From: Octopus bimaculoides
Taxonomy: Eukaryota
Length of the DNA stretch: 64,000 nt
Reading direction: 5' to 3'
Assembly (NCBI RefSeq): GCF_001194135.2
Contig: NC_068983.1
Coordinates: 150,127,983 to 150,191,982 of the forward strand
Shown here one piece after another: positions 25,934 to 37,617 of this stretch (positions are counted from its first letter, which is position 1; each line of letters begins with the position of its first letter). The notes under the pieces are model-generated. The model saw nothing but the letters and a program-made list of their open reading frames with translations, was not told the DNA's origin and ran no database searches. The translations under genes and the position numbers were made by a program.

Positions 25934-28900
25934 CTGTCAAAAAAATGATTTCCCTTTTAATTCATTTTTATAACTGAGCTGAGAATGTATTATAATAAAA
26001 ACAAATCAGTGGTCAATAAAATAGATAGCAATACATTTCAGTAGAAAAATTTAAAATCTCAAGGTAGAGTACAATGACTACGATGTTAATGTGTTAGCCC
26101 AGAGATAACTAAATTCTAACATTACTTTAGCTACTGATCTACATTTCTAACAAGTGATTCCACTCTTTAGTGTTAATTAAATAACAATTACTCAACTGTA
26201 AAAATAAATGCTCCAACAAAAACAATGTAAGATGGGCGGGGGTGGGGGGAGAAAGAAAAAGTTAACATAAAAACAGTGCAAGGGCATTGAAAAGAAATTT
26301 TTTGAGAGATAAATATTATTATATATTTGACATATTAGATATAAAGAAGAGAGTACATTAAGATTGTGATGTTCATGTGAGTGATGACTACATTAATGGT
26401 GAAGGTTGTGTGATGATATTTTAGTAACATTAGCATTTTCAATCCAATAAAGACATTTTAAAAATTATTTTAGCATATACCATACATGAAGTCTCTTCAA
26501 CATATTTATAGAACTACCTAAAACCACTTTAAGAACTATGTGTGTAATGTACAGGTGTGCAGTAAGACTAGTTATCTTTGGGAGAGGGCAGAGTCAAACA
26601 ACATCACAGAAATATATCTATTTAAATAGTGATTGCAGTGTGGGAGTAACTTTTAGTTAGCCAAATCTAAATACTGATTTTAATTCTCAGTTAAAACTGC
26701 TTCATTTACATCACTAATGCTCTTTGAGAATGACATAATTGACACATTATCCAATATCTTCTCCATTATTTATTAGGACTTTACGGGATAAACAAGCAAT
26801 TATAAAATACAAAACAAAAAAAAAATTGTGATATATACACTACTTCTTTAAATCTAGATAAAATTTTCTTTAAAAACATTCTTTAAAAGTGCTTCTGAAT
26901 AGAAATTTGTTCCAGATCTATAAAACAAAAAGTAGGATTTGAAGAGACACACCCCTTAGAGTTGCAGATACCATTGAAGTTAGAGATAACTGAATGTAGT
27001 GAATTGGCTTAAAACATTTTAAGTTAATTACAAACTAAAATTAAGAGATAGTACTAAGCTTCATAATAAAGTAGCAGAAATAATAGCAGATTTTAAGAGC
27101 TCTTTTAGTAAGGAACAACTTGCACCAGTCCATGGCAATGCTCTACAGATTTGAGTTCTTTGGAAAATAAATTCTTTGCAGAGTTTGCAGAGACCAATCT
27201 AAAGTATCAATTATTTTACATGAGTACAAGATTCCATGTGCATAAGGGAAAGTGAATGGCATTAGGTGGCATTCATTAGGAGGGCATCTAGTTACAGTTT
27301 AACAAGCAAAATATAGCAACAAAAACTTCCTAAACAAACTCTTCACTATACTTTAAATGAAAATGTTTTAAGTAATAAGCACTTAATGCCAGTCAAAAAT
27401 TGTTACTTCTAAGTCTACCAACAAGAACTAACCTAAACTACTGCATCTCCAATCATCATCCCCAAAACACACACACAAATATCGATTTCTTGCTGGGTGC
27501 AAGGCAAATGTTTCCGTATGGAGAGATGATGCATATTTGAGTGAATTAACAATGATTTGTTTGCTATTATTCTAATTTACTTTGCAACACCTATTTGGCA
27601 AAAAACAACAATTTGCTTTAACAAACAGTAGGTCAAATGTTAAATACATGCTATTACTTCATAACTACCTGAAATAATTAAACAACTACAAGTAATCTAA
27701 TAAGTGTTCTCCACACACATGCACTGATTTCTCATCCAAGCAGAAGGCTACAAATTCATAAAGGAGTGGAGTGACATTATGTAGTTCCAATTACCTTTAT
27801 TTGAAATACCATCAGAAGGACAGAATATAAACATGGAAAAAAGAATAGTTAAAGAAGAGAGTAAAAGCAAAAGTAGTTGACTAATAAATGCCACAAAGTG
27901 TGGACATTGAAGGTCTGAACTTTGATGGAAAAACATTTGAAATACTCTTATGTCAATCTGGGCTGTTTATTATTAATATCTAGTTGCAGTTGTGGACCAC
28001 TTGGGTTTTTTAATGAGCATTTTATCCTAAATTTAAGACTTTGGCATGTGGTCTTTATTGGAAGAGAGCTGGCTAACATGAGTTTCAACAACTTCATACA
28101 AAGCAATATTACTGGTTTTTATTCTTTAGTAACAGAGAAGAAAATAACAGATGTGTTGAGGTGTTACAGCATACTATTGATGATAAAGAAAAGGATGCAA
28201 TATTCTTTTAAATCACACCCTATTTTTCTAGTTATACATATGCATGTAATAATTAACAGTAGACTGACAGTTATGGTATAACATTAGATATGTTTTTTTC
28301 ACATATAATTACATCCCTCTTTGTACCGAGTTCAATACTTTGAACTAATAAGTAGTAAATATGTCTAGAGATCATTATGAACCTTTTACAAAATTTGAAG
28401 TCTTTTATAATAATGTCAATATCTTTAAGCAGCAACCATAAGTTATTTATTACTGGTTTTCACAAATACTACAAATATAAAATTAACTTAAAAACTATAC
28501 TACTTTAGGAATACATTTAGTACAGTTGCTAGTAAAGAGTTAAAGTCATCTTGAAACTTTTCTTCACAAAAAAATCCAGTTTCTGATCCCAGCAGCAAAG
28601 AATATCCTAATTAACCTTTAATTCAGACATGTAGTTGAGAGATGGACTCAATCAGAGCAAGTGTTCCAATTAAATTTGAGGTAATAAGCCAGCAAACTTG
28701 TTAAACAGGAAAAAATAATAATTTAAGAATAAATGAATTCAGGTCAAGTATTCTTTTCTTAATTATATACACCACATAAAAACTTACAATAAGCTCCAAT
28801 NNNNNNNNNNNNNNNNNNNNNNNNNNNNNNNNNNNNNNNNNNNNNNNNNNNNNNNNNNNNNNNNNNNNNNNNNNNNNNNNNNNNNNNNNNNNNNNNNNNN

Positions 28901-30999
28901 NNNNNNNNNNNNNNNNNNNNNNNNNNNNNCCCAAAACAACATTTTCAATTATAATCAGCTCTTAAAATCAAGAGAAAGTCTAACAAATATATAAAGCTTT
29001 TGTAGTTTAATTTTGATTGAAATTATTACATTAATTGAGAACTCTAGTTATCAGTAATTTTATAAAACCTCATAAATTTATTTTACGCAAATACGTGTAT
29101 GCATGCATTTTTCAAATATATTTTTATATAGTTTATTTACAAAATGTATTTAATAGGCTTTAAAAAAAAATGAAAATGAAAAAAAATAACATTTCTAAGT
29201 TTCAGTGAAATGCATTGAGCAAAATTAGTTTTATTTTCTGGTGGAAATAATGCATTGTTTTTGGACAAAACTGTTTACTTCAACCTTAATTGTATAAAAT
29301 TTAAAAAAAGAAAAAAACTATCCAAATCCACAGACGCATGGCCAATCATCGTTTGCCTTTTTAATGATCTTAGATTGCTCTTAAGCGGAATAAAAAAAAT
29401 TATTAGCTACATGCCTAATTTTTGTTTAGATGAATTATTTTATGCTGATGCAATGATTTTTCAGGTTGCTTTATAAAACACTTCATGATCATCGTTGGTA
29501 AACAATTACACCAAGTTATTTCTTCAGGTTATTCGTTGTCATCAATGGATAGCAACTTGTAGGTTTTGAAAGGCTTGATTTTTGCCCCATATACTTATTT
29601 GATGATTTGCTCAACAGGAAAGGATGGAATCTCCATAATATTGGCATGATTTCAACCATAAACAGTAGTGCAAAAGACAAGTTTGTCAGGGATATTCAGA
29701 TAATGAACATCTAAGTGGTGGGATTACTGAGATGACCAAAAATCAAAAAAATAATATAATTATATAGATAGAACACACTTATGTTGTCTCATCAAAATGG
29801 AAATTTGAGATCCAAACACACAAATTATAGTTTCCTCATCTAAATTTTAAGTTACTTACAAAGCTATTAAGCTCTAATGAAATAAGAAAAAATAATTTAA
29901 ACAAAACTAAGTTATAAATACCTCAATGTAAGTCAAAAATAAAGTGTGTAAATGAATAGCAATAAAAACTATACACAATAATAACCATACGAATGATCAT
30001 ACACATTCAAACACATACACACATAAATTCTGGTGAAATTCCAATACAGCTGAAAAATTTGAATGAAAAATGAGTTTTTAAAAAAATATTTTGTTTTAAA
30101 TATGTCAACTCTTCCAGATATATATCTTAAATTAGCTCATAGATTTTTAAAAACTGTATTAGAAATAAGGTGTGAGTAAAGAAAAATATACAAATTGGAG
30201 CAGGCTTGACTGTCTGGCTAAGAATCTGTTTGCAACAATATGCCAATCCCACTACATGGCTCATGGGGTATGTAAATGCAGTCTGAGATTGACCAATACT
30301 TTGTGAATGAAATTGAGCAGATGTGGTTGTATGGGAGAGAAAGAGAGATTGTTTGTCTCTCATAAACATTTTTAAAAAGTCTGGCTGCTAAATGGTAAAA
30401 ATGTCATGTGCACATTCATATGTTTGTATTCCAATAAAAAATATGAACATCAGGCCAGGAAGGTGATTAGGGATGAGGTAAAAGAATGGTGACACCCTCT
30501 TATCACTTTGATTTGTTTTCTCATATTAGAAATACATATGCTGATGCTAAAATGAATAACTAGAGAGTGAAAATAAGTCAAATAAGTAATAGGATGCTCT
30601 TAAAGTAGGATTAATCATCACCATTTTCCATCCACTTTTCTATGTTGGCTTGAGTAGGATGGATCTGTAAGGTTTGAGCTAGTTCTTAACAGAAGTTACT
30701 ATTCTCCAAAATGGATTGGGGAAAATGTCACACATTCCATTTGTTGTCATGGTTTCTACAGATGGATCCCTTTCCTCTCACAAACTACTTGACAAAATGT
30801 ATAAGGTATTCTATCACAGCACTAGCACTAGTGAGTGTCTTTTCCCAGGAAAGACTAGAGTCCTCTCTACATCCTCTCCAGTCATTCATTGGCACCAGAA
30901 AGGTTATCTTGTCCCTGATAAGACAAAAGAGACATTATTAGCAGTGAAATAGTCTGGGATTGAGTCAGAGAGTCTCTTCTACCCTATATCAGTCTAGGC

Positions 31000-32673
31000 C
31001 ATAGCTTCCCAAAGTGGGCGATATTGCCCACTGGTGGGTGATTTCAACTTACAAGTGGGCGATGCAACTATTCAAGAGGTGCAACTATTTTTCACATTTT
31101 CAAGTCTTTCCTTTTTGAACATAGTATCCCATTCAGTAATATTCTTACCTGTGCGTCTGATGGAGCCTCTTCGATGATAGGAAGATACAGAGGTTTTTCA
31201 TCTCTCCTCGTAAAGCATGAAATTTCCCACCAGATACTAACTGTTCATTGCTTGGCACATTGGTATCATTTAGTGGCAAAAAATATGAATGGTAGGGTGA
31301 ATGGTGTGCTACAGTTAGTTATCAAGACTATGAACAAATTGAAGTCCAGTCCCTTGTCTGATCAAATTTTCCATCAACTCTGTCTGAGAAATGATGAGGA
31401 CCATACTAAAATCTTATATCATACCGAAGTGCAGTGGCTGTCAAAAGGAAACTGTGTTTTACACTTTGTTGAACTGTTTCATATAACCATATCTTTCTTT
31501 GAAGATACTCCACTATCCACTTCATTGATGGTTGCAAGGTGTGATATCTTTTTTCTTTGTGATATAGTCACAAAATTAAATGATTTGAATAAGTTATTGC
31601 AAGGAAACAGAAAAACTCTCATTGATTGTAAACCATTTATCACTACCTTCATTTCGAATTTGCTGTTGTATAAGACTAACACTTCAAAACGTCAGTTTCA
31701 TCAATTTCCACATCTTGATTCTTTGAAAGATGAATTAGTTGATGAGAGTTTAACTATGTATCGCAGCTATTTACAATCATTGCATGATAACATGGTGGAG
31801 CGATTTCAAGATGTTATTGCGCTGAATATTCCAAATTGGTATAGCAATTCATATGAGGTCAATGCAGTCGATTGCAAGGATGACGTTCAGGAGGAATTGC
31901 TTGAATTAGAAAATGACAATGACGCCACAATGCGTTATTGCCGTAATGGCAAAGTAGGTTTGCAGTACCATCAGAGTATATTGAATTCTAACCCCAGTCT
32001 GTAGAAACTTCTGAAATTACTTTTGCTTGCCTTCCCTACCTCGTACTTGGTTGAATCTGGTTTTAACCATGTTGGAACTTTACTTTCCCATAAAAGAACT
32101 GGACTGGAGGTGACACAAGGAGACTTACAGCTAAAGTTGACAAGTTTGATACCGAATGTATCTGCACTAGCTGCAATGCACCAGACACGTGGTTTTCATT
32201 AAAAAGTTTTATTCTTTTCTGTTATAATACAATCATTAATTAATTTTGCATTGGTATTTCTGATCAACAGTTCATTTGGGGAAAATGAAAATCAGTGTAA
32301 AAGAAAGTGCAAGTTTCCAGAAGTTTAATCTGTCTGAAAANNNNNNNNNNNNNNNNNNNNNNNNNNNNNNNNNNNNNNNNNNNNNNNNNNNNNNNNNNNN
32401 NNNNNNNNNNNNNNNNNNNNNNNNNNNNNNNNNNNNNNNNNNNNNNNNNNNNNNNNNNNNNNNNNNNNNNNNNNNNNNNNNNNNNNNNNNNNNNNNNNNN
32501 NNNNNNNNNNNNNNNNNNNNNNNNNNNNNNNNNNNNNNNNNNNGTGTGTGTGTGTGTGTGTGTGTGTGTGACAAATGATATGGGGAGGGACTAGGGCATT
32601 TCCTGCATAGGACAAAGCATCTCAGGTGTTTATTTCTCTCTCTCTTTCTCTCCCACACAAAATTAGAGAGCTA
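31000..32673 (+). mobile_element. hAT (Buster/Charlie, ZBED5/8-like) internal-deletion derivative
   Basis: Left end catagcttcccaaagtggg follows gtcTAggc. A degenerate right end ...gagagcta precedes gtcTAgtt (6/8 TSD match). Transposase motifs lie inside. Confidence 0.85.
31150..32202 (+). pseudogene. hAT transposase C-terminal half
   Basis: CASDGASSMIG..HCLAH..HLVAK..YHTEVQWLSKG..FPTSYLVESGF..GDLQLKLT. One in-frame TAG (32002-32004) interrupts the frame before TAA at 32200-32202. The N-terminus is deleted. Confidence 0.9.
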
Positions 32674-33579
32674 GTCTAGTTTCAAAAATACTGTTTCTTA
32701 AATACTGATATAGTTACAGAATAATTCTTTAAGTTTCGAGAACTGATACAAATTGTTAAATAAGATATTAGCTAGAAAAGTAAAGTATGTTGGAATATAA
32801 AAAAAAACTCGGTATAAAATCGTTAAAGCATATGTTTCTGCTCCATAATCTACTATGCCTGTCAGGGTCTCAGTGATGACACAATATCCTCTTGCCTTCT
32901 CCAAGTTGGCATGAAGCTTAACATTTTTTATTGTGGAGAAAGAGGAAAGTATTAACCAGTTTCCAAAGCTCCAAGAGGAGTAAAACTACATAAAACAGCT
33001 GTAGGGTGTTAAAAAGAAACCTGTCACCAATTGAGTTTTACTAACAGTTTTACTCATCCTAATGGATTTCTTTACCAAACAATCCAAAAGTTTTCATACG
33101 AAATGGTAATTACAATGTTCATGACTTTCTTAAGCACATTACTGTTAATGTGAAGTGAGACAAGAAACAACTGGCAAGCAAAACTGTTGTTGTGAGACTT
33201 CACTTGCTAGGAACTTACATAGTATTAGTTACAATACCAACAATGAGGAGAGAGAGGGTGCACAAGAACCCAAAAAATTTGATGGCACAATAAAAGATTA
33301 TGTAAGCTTACAAAAATAGAAAATCTATAGCAGGAGCAATAATGTGAAGTAGAGAGAAATGTATATTCCATTAATTATTTAAAAAATATGAGAACAGGCT
33401 TTTATCATTAACTGTAAAGAGATAAAAAGATGTAATGTCCACTGAACAGAACTGAAGAAAAGACAAACTGTGTTTTTCAATGCACATGAAAATTAAATAT
33501 GTAAAGTTTACATCTAAAACCAAATTTTCAACACATAACACTCTCGCAGACTTTATTTCAAAGTTTTTTAAATGCTTAC

Positions 33580-33623
33580 CGAGCAGATAAAGAACCATCA
33601 CCATCACTATCTCTGATGAGTTG
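33580..33623 (-). CDS. Candidate internal exon (QLIRDSDGDGSLSAR; alternative frame NSSEIVMVMVLYLL)
   Basis: Acceptor catctcag| and strong donor CG|gtaagc, 44 nt. Confidence 0.5.
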
Positions 33624-33996
33624 CTGAGATGACATTTATAATTATCACATGTTCTATCATCCATTGCATTATTTAAAATATGAATGGTACATAATCTAAA
33701 TCTCCTCTCACATATATTTGGTATGGGGGAGGGAGAGGGTGAGTATCTGTTATGTATTACAGCAACATTCCCACACACAATATATACTAAAGTTCAAATT
33801 CACTACAACCAACTATGTTACTGTACTTTAAAACAATAAAGTAGGATTCTCTGTATCTTAGTTGATGCCTGTTAATTTTGTTGTAGACTACTGCTGGCAA
33901 GAAAGTAGATAAAATAATGCTCAGAAACAACCCATATATCAGGCTCTAAACATACTTTGTAGCTAAAACTACAAAAATAAAAGGCGCTATGTTTAC

Positions 33997-34085
33997 CATT
34001 TCGTAAATCCTTGGTCAGAAGATAGAAGAGTTTCTTGTTTATATACTTTACCAACGTGCAAATGTTTGTGTTCGCAAAATCTATG
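33997..34085 (-). CDS. Candidate exon, frame unresolved (IDFANTNICTLVKYINKKLFYLLTKDLRN or HRFCEHKHLHVGKVYK...)
   Basis: Pyrimidine tract, gctgat, gttggcag|; donors TTG|gtaaag or G|gtaaac; CpG-enriched. Confidence 0.4.
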
Positions 34086-36319
34086 CTGCCAACATCAGCA
34101 TTAAAAAATGGGAAAAGCAAAAATATGTAAATATATTTGATTGAAGCACTGGTTTAAATTGATAGTTCAGGCTCCAAACATTCAGTTAATACCTTTTAAA
34201 TTAGATGATACAAAAAGTTGTGCAAAGTGAACCTAGCTTCAACCAAATGCCATTTATATTCTTCACATATTTAAAATTTATAAATTACCTTTCTAAGATT
34301 TGAAGTCACCTATATTGCATGCCAAAATCATGGCAGAAAAAGCATTAAGAACAAGTCTTTAAAAAAAAAATTGAGTGAAAGAAAAAAGATTATATACAAA
34401 ACTGAACAAAGATATAGAACTCAAATTCAGATTCATAGCAGAAGTTTTGTCATGTACTTAAATGGTCCAGTTTAAAGTTCAGTTCACCTTGCCACCAAAA
34501 GTTACCTGATTTCTAAAGAATATCATTAGCAATAGAGAGGCATCTTACATGAAGAGAGATTTATATTTCAATTAATTAAGACAATAAAACTGGAACAATG
34601 TACTAGTCCTCAAGGTTCTTGAGACAGTTAAAGATAGGCATTTTTTTTTTTTAAATACAAATAAAGATCAGGGAGTATGCTTGATCAGACCATTCTATAT
34701 TAGTGATGATGTTGTTCAGACTGAACTTCTGCATGTTGATAGCTATTAGGAAAATATGGACAGACCGTTAATTTCAAGGGACTGTCAAAGTATAAGGTTT
34801 CAAGAGAAAGTCAAAATGGAGCCTGAAGACAATCTAAGAATATATTATTGGAGAAAATTACAACAAAAATAAGTTCAGCTGATGTGATGAAATCTGTCAT
34901 GTTACAATGCATATAATCTTATTTCTAACACAGGCATAAGACACAAGGCCTAAAATTTAGGAGAGGAGTATAGTTGACATCAACTCCCACATTAGACTGT
35001 TACTTTATTGTATCAAGCTCTGAAAAGATGAAAGGTAAAGTTGACATGAACAGGATTATAACTTGGAATGTAAAACATTGAAACAAATACTGCAAGGCAT
35101 TTTTGTAATGCTTTCAGGATTCTGCCACATACAGAAAAAAAGTAAGTTTTAAAAACATCAACCTTAACTCAAGAACAGCTTACAATGCTAAAACATTGAA
35201 GGCATTCACAATGAAAAAAATTATTTTCATATTTTTGAACATTTACCAAGTTTTTGAGTAATCTAAACATCAAACACATTAACAAGGAAGTTATTTCTTT
35301 CTTATCTAACAAGGCAAATACAAATAAAGAATAACAATTCCAGTTGGACAATTCTCCATAACTTCCTTCATACAACTGAATATATTATAAGAGTGTTGCC
35401 TCTGCTTATACTCCATAACAATTGCTCCTATTATGTCACTGTTAAACACCATCACTAAGAAGAATGTTATCAAAGGGAAGTGGGGTTTCCTTAACGCAAG
35501 TTCAGAGCAACCTGAGAGCAGCCAAAATGTATTTTTCCACACTTCAGTTGAAAATAGCTGAAATAACATCTTTTATTTTATGAGAATAGTTATATTTAGC
35601 AGTCAGTATGAGGTCTACAAACACAGTTGTTATGTGAAAAAATGCAAAAAATATATTTAAAACATTAGCTACCTGGATAAGAGGTATGAAGGTGGGATGG
35701 ATTAGTAAGTACCAGTAATATATTAAGATAGTCAATTAACTGTAGCCATTAACTGTCCTTGAGCATTATTAAAATACTAGCTGACCATGTGCAATCAATA
35801 ATGACGGCTAATTGTAGTATTTTATATATAAATAGGGTACAAAATAAGATACATAATAATCACACATACAAACAATGACATACTTCCCTTATACACAGGC
35901 ACAGATACACACATATACACACACACAAAGTTGTAACACTGATTTTTTTTTCACTCCTTCCTAATTCATCTATCACCCCTTCTTTTCTCTCACACCCTCT
36001 CAGTCAGGGCTATTACTCACACTACTTCTCTTTCACTTAATTACTATTTTCTCACCTCCTCCGCATCCAGCGTGATTCTGGACAAATATGTATCTATACA
36101 CACACAAATATATAAAAACACTACACTCATTATTATATTAGGAGATTTCAAGTGTTACAGAGAACCATGTAAACTAGTTGAAGTCACTCCACATATGTGC
36201 AAATGCATGTATGTTAAAGCATTCTATTCCTATTCCACTTGTAAAAAGAAAGAAAGAAGAAAACACAAAAATAAAAAATATTTTTAACCTTGTGCTGGTC
36301 AAAAAGGAAACACCTTTAA

Positions 36320-36533
36320 CCCTTCAGCATTTAAACAGGCCACATCTGGCCCAAATATTCTACCAGTTTTATGTTCAGACTAGATTTGGCCTCTCATACC
36401 TACCCTACAATGTCATTCTAGAAATAAGAATCACATCATATCGACATTTAGAAGCTATGAGATAATGCATGATTAATTCAAAACAATATAAAGTAAGCAT
36501 CACATTTGACAGAATAATCCAATTTTTGAAGGG
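36320..36533. mobile_element. Complete 214-bp piggyBac-like MITE
   Basis: TTAA TSD at 36316-36319 and 36534-36537, with inverted ends cccttca/tgaaggg. Confidence 0.85.
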
Positions 36534-36581
36534 TTAAAAGGTCTATAATTTTGGACAGTGAAAGAGGACTGTAGAAACTAT

Positions 36582-36584
<3 letters not shown>

Positions 36585-36645
<61 letters not shown>

Positions 36646-36765
36646 NNNNNNNNNNNNNNNNNNNNNNNNNNNNNNNNNNNNNNNNNNNNNNNNNNNNNNN
36701 NNNNNNNNNNNNNNNNNNNNNNNNNNNNNNNNNNNNNNNNNNNNNNNNNNNNNNNNNNNNNNNNN

Positions 36766-36822
<57 letters not shown>
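36585..36822. repeat. (GA)n microsatellite spanning an N gap
   Basis: Directly visible. Confidence 0.95.
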
Positions 36823-36828
<6 letters not shown>

Positions 36829-36954
36829 ATGTAATAGCTTTTCACATTTTTAGTATTGTTGCAGTTTAGTTGTAAGTCAGCCTTGACTGTTCAGGATTGC
36901 CAAAGGCTTTTCTGCCAACACCTTCTCATCTTCCCCCTTCCCCGTACAGGTACC

Positions 36955-37120
36955 TGACTGTGGTTAAGAAATTCAGTTTGTAACCATGTGGTTTTGGTTC
37001 AATCCACTCATGCAGCACCAAATTTACTTTATAAGATACAGGTTGTCCTGGGTCTGACCAATGCACTGTAAGTAGATTTGGTGGATGGAAACAGCAAGAA
37101 ACCTGCCACACACACACACA
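36955..37120 (+). mobile_element. Decayed tRNA-derived SINE
   Basis: tgtggttaag...ggttcaatcc (A/B-box-like) followed by gatttggtggatggaaac, as in the 5126 copy. Confidence 0.6.
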
Positions 37121-37562
37121 CGTCAATGTTGGCATTCTATGCCTGTTACTACTTGAGTGAAACAATGGTAATATTGACATTCTGACTGGTCACTCTGTAC
37201 TTTCAAAGACTTATGGAATAAGTGCCTAAATTTGAAAAAATAAGGGACTTATTTACAAATAAAGCATCCAACTGTAAAATTCTACTTGAAATAACTGCTC
37301 ATCAAACCTACACATGATGAGAAAAATGGACATCAACCAAATGAATGAATGAACACCATCAATGCCTCATCAGCATTTTACACTTGTTTTCCATGCTGGT
37401 AATTATGATTCAGTGCTTAGTATTCAAACCATATTATCATAAAGTCAAGAGCTAAATTACAAAATGAACATCATCCAAAGAATTGTATCAAAGATTTATA
37501 TTTTTGTTTTTACAATTTTACACATAAAGAAACAAATGCTTTCTACATTCTGTAAGGCTCAC

Positions 37563-37617
37563 AAGGATTGGTACGTAGCACTGCTTTCATGGTTTTAAAC
37601 AAGTAATGATAATCTTC
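37563..37617 (-). CDS. Candidate exon (EDYHYLFKTMKAVLRTNP)
   Basis: Acceptor cattcttctatttaaag|, donor T|gtgagc, single open frame. Confidence 0.3.

Noticed and set aside
26233-26250. G-rich run as a G-quadruplex
   Set aside because: Only three separated G tracts.
33997-34085. TLVKYI resembling C9orf72 TLIKYI, and YCVVIDF resembling a CRAL-TRIO strand
   Set aside because: The first is out of order relative to the other matches. The second needs a different frame of the 41.8k exon and has no further support.
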